Under the pieces are notes generated by a model. That model was given only the letters and a program-made list of their open reading frames with translations, was not told the DNA's origin and made no database searches. A stretch of DNA of 62,777 bases, the filler included. It is 12 parts of 12 records of this genome, joined end to end, with 100 filler letters (N's around TTAATTAATTAA, not from the genome) between each part and the next. Parts side by side here need not be neighbours in the genome. Positions count along the whole stretch, not along the records: positions 1 to 12,868 come from SRR7504441_17301; 11 more parts are not named here. One strand, written 5' to 3'. The position numbers were made by a program, and so were the translations under genes. Below, piece by piece: positions 1-10,538 of the stretch (positions within the stretch are counted from its first letter, which is position 1; the number at the start of each line of letters is the position of its first letter).

Positions 1-1239
1 CGACCCGATTGGGAAGGAAGCCAGTTGATCAACCAAGCGAAGCTGGTCATCCGGATGCTCCTCCTAGCGGCCTCCTCGCCGGCCGGCTGTATCGGATCGA
101 CTGCTACTGTGCACATATGATTATGATCATGCGGGACTCGTTGCAGCCGGGCTCGAGCTCGCAGCTGCACACGCGCAGTGTGGAGCACGCGCTCGGCTGA
201 ACGTGCGAGGTCAGAGCCCCGTCGACAGTCCCTGGCCGGATGAAGCAGCCGGTATCGTCCAAGTCTGGGCCGCGGACTGGCACGCTGCCTCGTCCTTGGC
301 GCAGGGGATCGGACTTCGCCCAGGGTGACGGGGCCTTTCAGTGTCTGGGCGAGCTCGGTCCCCTCGGCGGGGCCATCATCCGGCACGGTTGGCCGATCCG
401 GCTCGGGCATCTGCTCTAGGAGGTCCTGCGTGTCTTGCTCGCCCAGGAAGCCAGGGACAGGCCGAGCTGCTTGGGCGGGGCCTTGCCTCCGGTTGTTTTG
501 TGCGGGCCATGGAGTTGTCCGCGGAGATCTCGGCCAAGTTAGTCTCGGGCATCACCAGGTCTTGCACGAGGCCGGTGTGCGCGGCATGAGAGGCGGCCAG
601 GATGGCGCGCGACCTCTTCTCTCTGGGCAGCCTGATCAGACTCGACTAGGCACTAGGACGCGAGCAGCGCATGCAGAGCGTCGGCGGTCGACTCATTCAA
701 CTGTTCCTCGGAAGGAGCCGCTGGGTAGGTGGAGGCACAACTGCATCATGTTTGGAGACGAATCTGAAATCCAGAGACGAAATCCTTGTTCGGTGGCAAG
801 CGCGATTGCAAGATCGGTTGCAGGTAGGTTGAAGGCAAAGCAAAGGTCGCTGGAGACCACCGATGCGGCAATGATCTTTACCATAGTTCCGGGCAGAAAG
901 CGTTACAATGTAGTTTTGAGAATACGGAAGGTTGTACAGACTGGCTTTAAGTTTGCTTGAACTTCGAAGTTTATTTGCCGATACTCACGATCGCATGCAT
1001 TCAATCCAAAATTATATTAATGGTGTACATCTAGTGTTAATCTAGTGTACATCTATCTGACGTGTAGAGAGCTAAGAGCGGCTAAAGAGCGGCGTTATCT
1101 CCAGGCACCTAGCGGTTTTATCATTCAGACCCAGAGAGTACCCAGAGAGTTAACATTAGTGGTGATTTTAATTTATTTACATGTACATGTTCAAATAGTC
1201 GGAAGCGTGTCAGAGCGTTCAAGTTTCATAAATAATGAA

Positions 1240-3557
1240 TCAATACTTGCAAGAGCCCTGCACATTGTACGGGCCCGTGCCCCCTGCGCAGCCTTGCCAA
1301 TACGGCATGAGAGTTTCCCGGAAGAACGATGCGTCCCCGATTTGCAGCGCAAAGCGATCCGAGATAGATCTCTGTAGCTGGGGGTCGATCCCAGTCAAGT
1401 TGTTCCACACGGCCTGCAGCCTGCCGGCCGCCTCCACACCAGCCTGCGAGGCGGCGTCAAAGTGCTCGATGATGGTCAGGCCGCTTGTCAGCTTGTGCGA
1501 CCAAGGCAAGTTGTGAAAGAACAGCAAAAGCTCCTCCGGGCAGGTGGCAGGATCGTCAAACCGCTCCGTCCACTCAGCAGCGTACTGCGTCGAGTAACCC
1601 GAGCCTCGCGAGCTCCTGTCGCACCCAACCCCACGGATGGAGTAGTTGGCGTAGCCCCAGTTCGAGCACGGGTCCATCCAGTAGTGGCTCCCGTGCAGCT
1701 CGAGATACGCCGGCCAGCGGTCCTTGGGGCACCCGCCTTCACCGCAGCTGGTGTTGTGGTGGCAGTAAGGTTTTGCGCTGTCGTACGCCGGCTGGCCCAT
1801 GCACGGTCCACCGCCGTACCCGCCCGAGACCACGAATCCTATCCCTAGTGGGCTGGTATAGTTCTCATACACAGGCCACGTGTCCTCCATCAGACCCACC
1901 AGAGCGTCAAGAGAGCGCGAAACCTGCTGCAGCCCAAAGCTCTGCCGAGCCCAATCCCGGTGAATTGCCTTGCTGCTGGCCGTCGGCTCCCAGGCCAGTC
2001 TCCCGAACCCGTAAGTGTTGCTCTGGGCCAGAACGGAGCCGGTCCAGTTGTTGTTATCTCCCAAGTTGGATACGGCAGCAAGGCCGGTCAGCGAGCTGTT
2101 TCTGGCCTTGAACGGTCCCCGGCGGGCCAGCAGGTTGGCAACGGTCGAGTTGGGGCCCAGGCGGAGCGTGTCAAACCCGAGGTAGTGCACCCACTGAGAG
2201 GTGAGCCCCACAGCGTGCACCGCCTGCCCAGTGTACTCCTGGGCAGCCTGCACCTCCATCATCACGTTCGTGTTGGGCAGCAGCCCAGTCAGCAGCGGCG
2301 AGATCGGCTCCCGGACCTGGAAATCTGTACATGCGCTCAGCTAAAGATATAGCAGGCAGCTAAATAGCTATGTGCAGCACCGATCGGGCCGTTCTTGATC
2401 TGCACCACAACATTCGAATCAAACTGTCCATCGAGCGACCCAAACGTATCTGCCGCCTGTCGAGCCCTGTCTTCGGCCCCGATCTTGCCATTTCCATACA
2501 CAAACGCCCGCCACATCACAATCCGTGCTGGTCCGAGCGCCCTGGCGAGCAGATTCGCTCCATCGGCCTCGGTGCGATTGTAGCCCAGAGGCCCCTGGTT
2601 GCCCTCAGCGTCGGCCTTGACGAGGAAGCCTCCGAACCGCGGCATGAGCGAGACGATGGCCGAGGCCTTGCGCTCCCACCACTGGATCACCTTCGGGTCG
2701 AGCGGGTCCACCCCGCTGAGCTGTGGCAGGCCCATGTGTGGGCTCATCGGGGCTGCGTAGCAGGGCGTGATGAAGAGCTTGATGCCCCAGCGGGATAATA
2801 TCGGGTACACAGTGTCCGCCAGTCGCTTGAGCGCGCCAGGCTCGAGCAAAGCCGTGTTGGCCCCGCAAGCGTTCACGTTGTTGATGACCAGCCCGTTTAA
2901 TCCCACAGACTTGAGCAGCCTAGCCATATCGTTCACTCGCTCGGCCGCCGCAGCGGTCCAATTAGACAGTGCCATCGGCCAGAGCAGCGAGCGCCCGGCG
3001 TAGCCCCGCTCGATGCTCCCGTCCAGGTTGTCCCACAGATCCCAGATGCGCAGCCCCAGCGCTGGCACCTGAGTCTCGTTCCAGCCTGGCGACGGCAGCG
3101 GCTCGGACCGGGTCAGCCGCTGGAGCAGGTCGAAGGTCCCGTGCAGCAGACCACTAGCAGTGGCTGCTCGAGCCTGGAGGCGGCCCCTCGGAGCCCACGG
3201 CCCGAGCGGTCCGGTCCGAGCCACCTGGTACCCTTCGCTGCCCAGACTGGACTGCAGCGCGGGCTCCACGGAGAGCACGGCGCAGCCTTGGGACGGGCAG
3301 GCCGAACAGACCGCCACCGGGACTGGAGCGGCCAGGATGGCGGCCAGCCCGCGGGCCAGCTCGGCCCGGGCGCTCTCTAGCAGCTCGGCCTCGAACGATT
3401 GGCTGCTCGGCCTGATCTGGACGCAGCCGCCGAACGCGTCGCGGTAGTCCAGGAGCAGGGCGTCCGGCGCCGGTCTGTACCGAAGCCACGCCTCGTAGCC
3501 GTCCTCGGTCTGCACCGCAGAGCACAGCAAAAGCCAGCACAGGCCACTCCGCTTCAT
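1240..3557 (-). CDS. aguA: Secreted alpha-glucuronidase, glycoside hydrolase family 67; 2 exons (intron 2325-2380)
   Basis: Signal-peptide-like start MKRSGLCWLLLCSAVQT. GH67 motifs EDGYEAWLRY, WDNLDGSIERGYAGRS, NNVNA, FLVKADAEG, WRAFVY, QEYTGQ, YGFGRLAW, YENYT. Removing a 56-nt GT-AG intron joins ORFs 2337..3557 and 1240..2265 and restores QIKNGPID-FQVREP. Confidence 0.93.
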
Positions 3558-3769
3558 TCAACTCTAACGGATTCAACTGATTGGAGAGTACAGTGGTTAG
3601 GGTGGGCATCCCTAGCTAAACGTTCGCTATAGCGAACTAGAGCGCACACACGAGATGTTCTGATACATCCGAACATCTGGCTGGAAGGGATACTTACTTT
3701 AATTGAAACTAAATCATATTGGTCATACACGAATCCCAAGGTCGCCCAGAGGTCGCCCTTCTTTACTTG

Positions 3770-4795
3770 CTACCACACCGGCCAGAACTGTCTCCATAAG
3801 ATTGCTGACCGCCACGGCGCAAACCTGTACCACTCAATTAGCCTCGTCTCGATGCCGATCGAGGCGAGTGCTTCCGCGTTTTTCTCTAGGTAACTCCTTG
3901 TGAAAGATATGTGTGGCCCTATCCACCAAATCAGCATATAGTTCAGCCACCTCACGGGCCAGATTAGGTCATGGCGCGGGACGTCGCAGAAAAGGACAAC
4001 CCGTCTGGCACTCGGGTGGCCATTGTATGCATAGTGGATATTGGTGTCATCAAACAACACGTCGGTCTCGCTCCCTCGGCTATCGTACCCATGCCAGTGC
4101 ATCTTGCCGTCAAAGGCGCCCAAGTGGATCGAAGGCACAACCGTGTCTGTGCTGGGAACAGCATCTCGAAGAAGCAGCCGCCAATGGGCCCATTCCCGAT
4201 CAACGGTGCTCCAGTTGGTATATTCTAGCGGCGGGGTCTCGAGGGCCAGGTGGTAACGAAGATGGCCTGCCCCAAGCTCTCAGCCGTCTCAAGCCGACTC
4301 ATCTAAGGCGGCACCTTTATATTCGCCCACGTGCGGTTTGATGAAGACGCCAGGCGGCAGCACTGAGAACATGACGCTGATGAGCGGCGTCCGCCCGAGC
4401 AGTGCAATCGTTTGGGGGAAATGGATGCTCGCATGTTCATCGATGACGCCGTAATTGGCCAAGTATACGTTCTTCCACTTGCCTCCAGCAACAATCCCAT
4501 TACGGTCGTGGAAGGCGGTGATGCTGCCTAGGTGCTGCTCGTAGGCCCGCCACTCTTGCTTAATCACTGGGGCTGAATCCCGAAGCATCTTAGCCCAGGA
4601 GATCTCCCGCGTATCGAACATCGCCGGTGGGCTGGGCGGTGCCGCCCAGGCGAAGAGCCGGTTAACTGGCACGCCCAGCGACTGGGCAGACCCGAAGCGC
4701 ACAGGGTCTTGCGGCCAGGCGATGAAAAGATACAGCACGAATGCAGCGCTCAACAGGCCGCTGGCGGCCAGCGCTCGTCTCAAGATGGTGCACAT
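3770..4795 (-). CDS. Aspartyl/asparaginyl beta-hydroxylase family (LpxO-like) 2-oxoglutarate/Fe(II) dioxygenase, N-terminal membrane anchor; intron 4267-4314
   Basis: MFSVLPPG..IKPHVGEYKG|HLRYHLAL after splicing a 48-nt GT-AG intron; LFDDTNIHYAYN and RVVLFCDV motifs. Start chosen at MCTILRR. Confidence 0.8.
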
Positions 4796-4939
4796 CCGCA
4801 AACGCTTGCTCGAGCAGCGCCTAGAGACGAGCCCCAGGTCAGTCCGGGCTTTGCCCGCGCTGTCGCTAGTCATCACCCGAGCGGCTGAGTTCCCAACTGA
4901 CAACTTTAATTATAATTTAACGGATTCAAGGCCTGTGGC

Positions 4940-6725
4940 ATGCTCCAGGTGCAGCTCGCTACCTGCATGCTCGCCGTGGCCGCGGGCGCCGGATCTCCGT
5001 GGAGGCCGCCTCCGCCGCACGGCCCCATATCTAGGACGGCGCCCAACATCATCTTCTCGCTCACCGACGATCAAGACATCCAGTTGGGCGGGTGGGAGCC
5101 GATGGCCCAAACCCAACGGCTGCTCCAGCAAGACGGCGCGCTGCTCTCCAACTGGCGGATTCACACTCCGATCTGCTCGCCCAGCCGTTCACAGACCGTG
5201 AGCGGCCGCTATTTCCACAACATTAAATCCACGCTGCCGGTCCCACCACCCAAACTCCAGCCCGCCGCCGTCGGGCACATCAACGCCACGCTGTACGAGG
5301 GCGACACGTTCGGGGTGCATCTCCGGGCGAAGAAGGGGTACAACACGGGCATGTTCGGCAAATCCAATTTCAATACGTATGAGGGCTTCGACCGTTGGTT
5401 CCAGGCAGCCCACTGCGGCTACGGTGGCTCGTACGAGGACAACGAGTCGCCCTCTTTTCACACCAAGACCAAGAGCACCGACTATGTGCGGCTGGCTGCC
5501 CGCTGTGCACTGAGTAGGGGCCAGGCGACCGACGTGATTGCTGCCAAGGCGGTTGAATGGATCAAGCGAGACGATGTGAGTGGCGCTGCGGCCCAGGGCC
5601 GGCCCTTCTTCGTATACTTTGCTCCGCACTGCCCGCACACGCCGGCGGTCCCTCACAACAAGTACGCAGACGCCTGCAAGAACGTGAGCAGCCCGCGGCT
5701 GCCCAATTACAATTATACCTCTCCTCTGTTCCACCAGCTGGTTAGGGACCAGCCACCGCTCACACACGACGACGAGATCTTGATAGACGACCTCGCCCGC
5801 CGCCGGTGCCAGACACTCCTGAGCGTGGACGACGCCCACGCAGCGCTGGTGAGCGCGGTCAAGGCGCTGGGGCTGTGGGAGAAGACTTACTTTGTAGTCT
5901 CGAGCGATCACGGGTAGCTACCAAATGATCCCGCTGCAGCTGACCCTGAGCAGGTACAACCTGGGACACCACCGGATCCCGTCCAACAAGTTCCTGCTGT
6001 ACGACCACGCCACTAGAATCCCTATGGTCATCCGGGGCCCGGGCGTCAAGCCAGGAGAGAACCCGGTGCTCGGGACAAACGTGGACTACGCCTCGACCTT
6101 CCTTGCGATGGCAGGGATTCCGAACCCACCGAGCTTCGACGGCCGCTCGATCCTCTCGCAGATTGTAGACCCGTCGCTCGAGCACGAGCTCTTACCAGCG
6201 ACCAGGGCCCAGCTGCGGCTCGACAGGCGCGAGCTGGAGGCCCGGCCGTGGCGGACGGAGCAGTTCCATCAGTACTACAACCAAGGCGGCCCGAGCCCTT
6301 ACCACCCGCAGCAGTGCAAGCAAACCCCAGGTAAGTTCATGAACTGCGAAGGCTGGGCCCCTGGTAGCACGACAAACCCGTCCCAGGCGGCCTCGGACCT
6401 GTCACAGCCGCAGTTCGCCAGGGACAAGGGGCTCAAAGCCACTGTTCGACCGCTGGACGACTACTCCAACACCTATATCGGCCTGCATGTGCTCGACCCT
6501 ACCCTCGGCCACTACAAGTACGGCGAGTACCAGTACGTCTGCTCCAGCGAGCAGATCGAGCGGAAGGCGTGCTTCTCTAGTGTGGACCACTATCAGCTGT
6601 TTGATCTCGACAAGGACCCGTACGAGCTGCACAATATCTATGGCAACGCGACTAAAGAGCTCAAAACCGACCTCGCCAACCGCCTCCGGTTGCATTATCC
6701 GTGCCAAGGCAGAAACTGCCCGTAG
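4940..6725 (+). CDS. Secreted formylglycine-dependent sulfatase (N-acetylglucosamine-6-sulfatase-like); introns 5486-5524 and 5914-5953
   Basis: Signal peptide, PNIIFSLTDDQD, CSPSR (CxPxR) signature, QTLLSVDD, SSDHG|YNLGHHR restored by a 40-nt intron, C-terminal FDLDKDPYELHN. Confidence 0.92.
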
Positions 6726-6884
6726 ATGAGACCGGCGAGCTCGCATGTTTACTATTACATGTTGTACACTAAGTACCGATTTACGCAATATTTGACTACT
6801 AAAACTAAGTCAGTTACTAGTCAGTCAAGGTACATGATTGTACCGGTACATATTAATTTTTACTTCTAGTTATTTAATTATTAT

Positions 6885-8214
6885 TTAATAGTCCATGTCG
6901 TCATCAAACATTGCCAAACAATCTTCTCCCGCTGGTTCCACTTCTTTCACGTTGGCAAGCAGCAATTTTTTCGTGTAATCTTGCACAAATTTGTCCGCAC
7001 GTGCGTCACCGATAGCTTCACGAAACTCGGCAGCCGCCAGCAGGGACTCAAGCGCCACCTGAGGTATGTGCCTCAGAACCATCTCGAGCATACGGTGCTC
7101 ATGCCGCAGCTGGCTGAGCGGACTGACAGGGTCGTGAGTGCCCTCGAGCACAATTCGGACGGCCGCGATCCTCCACAGGCACCCGATGGGCAGATCTAAT
7201 CGGGTCGGCCATTCGTGGTTCAAGGCACGCTGCATGTGCAACCACACTAACCACGATGGTCCGCCAGCTCTTAACGCCTCGATCATGACAGAGTGGTCGA
7301 CTTGCAGCTCCGAGGAGGCACTTTGGAACGCCTCTCCATTTTGCTTGATTGCGCTCATCACTATGCTCCGATTGGCCCTGAGCGCTGGAGACGCCCACTG
7401 CAACGATAGCCCACAATTATGCACCACCGCTGCCACTAGAGTCCGGTCAGCCCGGAGCTCCTCCGAGGCGCCCTGTAAGCACATGGCCGCCATCACCACC
7501 TCACGGTCCGCCCTGAGCTCTTCTGACACGTGCTCCAGGGCATCAGGGTGGCACTTGCGCTGCCCGACAGCAGCTAACACCACCTCACGGTTAGACCTTA
7601 GCGGCTCGGATACATGGCACAAATTATAGCCGTCGAATTCCACCGCCATCAGCGCAACGTCTATGTCGCCCCTGAGATCGGTGTAACGAAACACATTGCC
7701 GTGTGACTTGAACACTGCGGCCCGGACCAGCTCTTTGTTCCGCTTGAGATCTCGTTCGCACCATTCCAGGCAGGTGATCGGACACCCGCCACACGCGAAC
7801 CCGTATCCGTCGTACCGCATGATCGTGTTCAGGACTGCCGTCGGATCCGTAGGCTCCGTGAACCGTACCCGTACCTGCACCCAGTGAATCGATCAGCTCA
7901 ATTCCAGCCGACACCTCGTCGCCATCCCGGAGACCCCTTTCGGCGAGCGAGCGCTCGTCGAACCGCTGATACTCAGGCGCCCCTGTGAGGCGCTCCTGAA
8001 TGCGCTGCGGCCCGGGTGGATCGCCCGCGCTGATACCGAGGGCCAGCTCTGTGGTGGCCGTGGCCAGCCGGAGCAGGTTGGCCGACCAGCGCTGCGCCCC
8101 GGGATGCGCCGCCTGAATGTGCTCCTGCAGCCGCTTCAGGGTCCAGCTGAGGTCGACACCCTCCAGATCCTCCCGCTCGCCGCCCACCGGCAGCAGCACC
8201 AGCTGCACGCTCAT
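6885..8214 (-). CDS. Protein with ubiquitin-like N-terminus and DUF4116-type helical repeats; intron 7875-7914
   Basis: Repeats of the form LxxASEELRADREVVMAAV (DUF4116 pattern). SLAERGLRDGDE|VRVRF is a ubiquitin-fold-like end after removal of a 40-nt intron. Confidence 0.65.
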
Positions 8215-8309
8215 CACGACATGGAGTCGAGCTGCATTGGCTTTGCCGTTAGACGGGCTTGCCGTTCGATTTGCGGCCACAGGTCTGCAAGCAGACTGGC
8301 AGAGAGACA

Positions 8310-8924
8310 ATGGGGAGCGCAAGCCTGGTGGGACAGGCCGCTCTCTCGGCGGGGGCCCGGCGGGAGGGGGGGGACAGCATCGGGCTGATCATCGGAGTGG
8401 TGATCGGGGGCCTGGCGGTCCTGGGCTGCGTCTGGGTCTTGACATACTTCTTTTGCAAGTTCCGCCGGACCGCCGGAGACGACCGGCCCCGGCTGAATGC
8501 GACCCAAAAGGTGAGGGCAGACCTGGACGCCGCCTTCCAGCAGCACGCCAATCCAATGCGCGCCGCCCCCAGGCCCGATCGGTCCCGCCGGAACAGCTCG
8601 GCTGTCCCGTACACTGGCGGCGAGGCCCCGGTACCGGTGTTTGAAATCGAGAGGAGCGACCCGGATGCCCCCCCCGACAAGCCGGACCCGACGCCCGATG
8701 GAGCCGCCCGGCCGAGCGAGGCCGTGCTCGATCTGGACTCCAGGCCGGCGCCAGCCCTGTTTGCCAACCCTATTCGCAATAGCAATCCGGACCCGGATCC
8801 GCGGACAGAGCCCCCACGGCTGCAGTTGCCGGTTGTCGCCCCGCGGCCGGGTCACGCACGCAAGTCGTCGGATGCGCTGGATGCGGCCATCGACGCGGCA
8901 CTAGGCCTGCGACCATCCAAATAA
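8310..8924 (+). CDS. Hypothetical single-pass membrane protein with Pro-rich tail
   Basis: TM segment IGLIIGVVIGGLAVLGCVWVLTYFFC followed by KFRR; ORF ends before an AT-rich convergent gap. Confidence 0.55.
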   Translation: MGSASLVGQAALSAGARREGGDSIGLIIGVVIGGLAVLGCVWVLTYFFCKFRRTAGDDRPRLNATQKVRADLDAAFQQHANPMRAAPRPDRSRRNSSAVPYTGGEAPVPVFEIERSDPDAPPDKPDPTPDGAARPSEAVLDLDSRPAPALFANPIRNSNPDPDPRTEPPRLQLPVVAPRPGHARKSSDALDAAIDAALGLRPSK

Positions 8925-8959
8925 ATCCGATTAAACGTGTGTACACGCGTGCTATTTAT

Positions 8960-10480
8960 TTAGTAACATCTGGTGCCGTACCCAATATCTGGATCGTTGT
9001 ACGCGTCCAGATTCGAAGCCAGCCCACCACCCGGCTTGGCCGTTGTCAGGCTCAGCGAGGCGTGCCGGCCCGCATCCTCGTCTACCATCTGATCCCAACG
9101 GCTCACCCCTCGCCCGTGCATCAAGCTCGCGGCCACAAACCCAACCGCCGCTGCCACCGCCATGATCGTGTTAGCCCAGGCCAGCCCAGAGTATGCTGGG
9201 CACGAGCCCCGGTCGCAGCCGCCTTCAGACCCAGCCACGTACTCCGCCGGGTCCGAGCAGGAGCAGTCGCCCGTGCCGGGCACCACCTCGCCGTACGTGT
9301 TAATCAGGAAGCAAATGGTGGAGGCTAGACCGTTCTGAGCTGTCACGTTCGCAAAAGCTGCGACCGAATCGCTGAAGTATTCCGCGTAGACCGCCTTGTT
9401 CACCCCCTCCCACACCCCGCGCCCGACCCCCTGCAGGCAGTAGAGCAGAACCAGCCCGCCCCAGCCGCCCAAGTCGTCGTAGCCCGCAGCAAGAGGCAAC
9501 AGTGTGACCAAACCGAACGAGAGCTGCCCAACTAGCATCCCTCCGGCGTGCGCCCGTGCTGACTGCACTTGGCCCAGCGGCAGGGACACCAGGGCGGCAC
9601 TGGCCGAGGTCACGGCAGACAGGTACCCGCCGTACCCGCCGCCTAGGTAGTAGGGCAGCACTACGGGAGTGACATACGAATTGATGTAAGCTGCGCTCGT
9701 GGCAAACGCAACCTGTATGAATGCCATCGTCGGCATCTTGGGATCTGTCACGAACAGGGCCGAGGCCGCCAGCAGCCGGTCAGTGGTGGTCTGGTGCTGT
9801 TCCTCCTCGCGAGGGCTCATGGGCAGGATCCACACACTTGCGAGCGCAGCCGCGGCTGCAAGGATCGTATTGATCACGTATATGAACTCCTTGCCGCCGG
9901 ACCAGTGAGCGCTGGCCGGACCGGACTCGACCCCGATGTACGACTGCATCACCTTGCACGCCACCTCCAGCCCCAGGAATATCCCTGCGAAGACCGCCGC
10001 GAACAACACCACCGCCCGTTGCCTATCCACTCCACCAGCAGCCGCATACAGCTCGGCGTTCCTGACCATGTACGCCCCCTGAGCAGTCCACAGGAACCCG
10101 GCGGCCAGCCCGCCCATGCAGCCCCCGAAGCAGGCGGCAGGCCATCGCGCGTCCGGGACCTGATCGGCAAGCAGGAACGACCCGACGTAAACCACGTACA
10201 GCCAGAGCCCGCTCACCAGGCTCGCCTTGAGTCCGAGCCAGCGCACGATCGGGCCAGCCAGCAGCAGCGCCACCCCGGTGTACACTCCGTAGAGCAGGGC
10301 GTTCTGGAGGTTGCCCAGCCGGGTGCCCAGCTCCGAGGTCGCCAGCGCCAGCAGGGCCGAGACGCAGCCGTGATTGAGCGAGAAGCAGCAGCTGACCAGC
10401 ACGAAGTTGAGCAGCAGCCTCGGCCCGCCGCTCGCCGCCGCTGGCTCGCTCTCCGAGCTCGGCAGCTGCTCGTGCTTCAT
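8960..10480 (-). CDS. UNC-93-like MFS transporter
   Basis: Intronless 506-aa ORF with about 11-12 hydrophobic segments; GLAAGFLWTAQGAY matches the UNC-93 family motif. Confidence 0.82.
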   Translation of the reverse strand: MKHEQLPSSESEPAAASGGPRLLLNFVLVSCCFSLNHGCVSALLALATSELGTRLGNLQNALLYGVYTGVALLLAGPIVRWLGLKASLVSGLWLYVVYVGSFLLADQVPDARWPAACFGGCMGGLAAGFLWTAQGAYMVRNAELYAAAGGVDRQRAVVLFAAVFAGIFLGLEVACKVMQSYIGVESGPASAHWSGGKEFIYVINTILAAAAALASVWILPMSPREEEQHQTTTDRLLAASALFVTDPKMPTMAFIQVAFATSAAYINSYVTPVVLPYYLGGGYGGYLSAVTSASAALVSLPLGQVQSARAHAGGMLVGQLSFGLVTLLPLAAGYDDLGGWGGLVLLYCLQGVGRGVWEGVNKAVYAEYFSDSVAAFANVTAQNGLASTICFLINTYGEVVPGTGDCSCSDPAEYVAGSEGGCDRGSCPAYSGLAWANTIMAVAAAVGFVAASLMHGRGVSRWDQMVDEDAGRHASLSLTTAKPGGGLASNLDAYNDPDIGYGTRCY

Positions 10481-10538
10481 GACACGACTGCGCCGCTGGG
10501 TCCCGCGTGGCGGCGATGTCCGTTATTACTTTGAGGCC

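Noticed and set aside
1-960. Genes in the first kilobase (ORFs 325..960, 376..567, 693..884)
   Set aside because: GC content suggests coding sequence, but I could not build a consistent spliced model or recognise a product.
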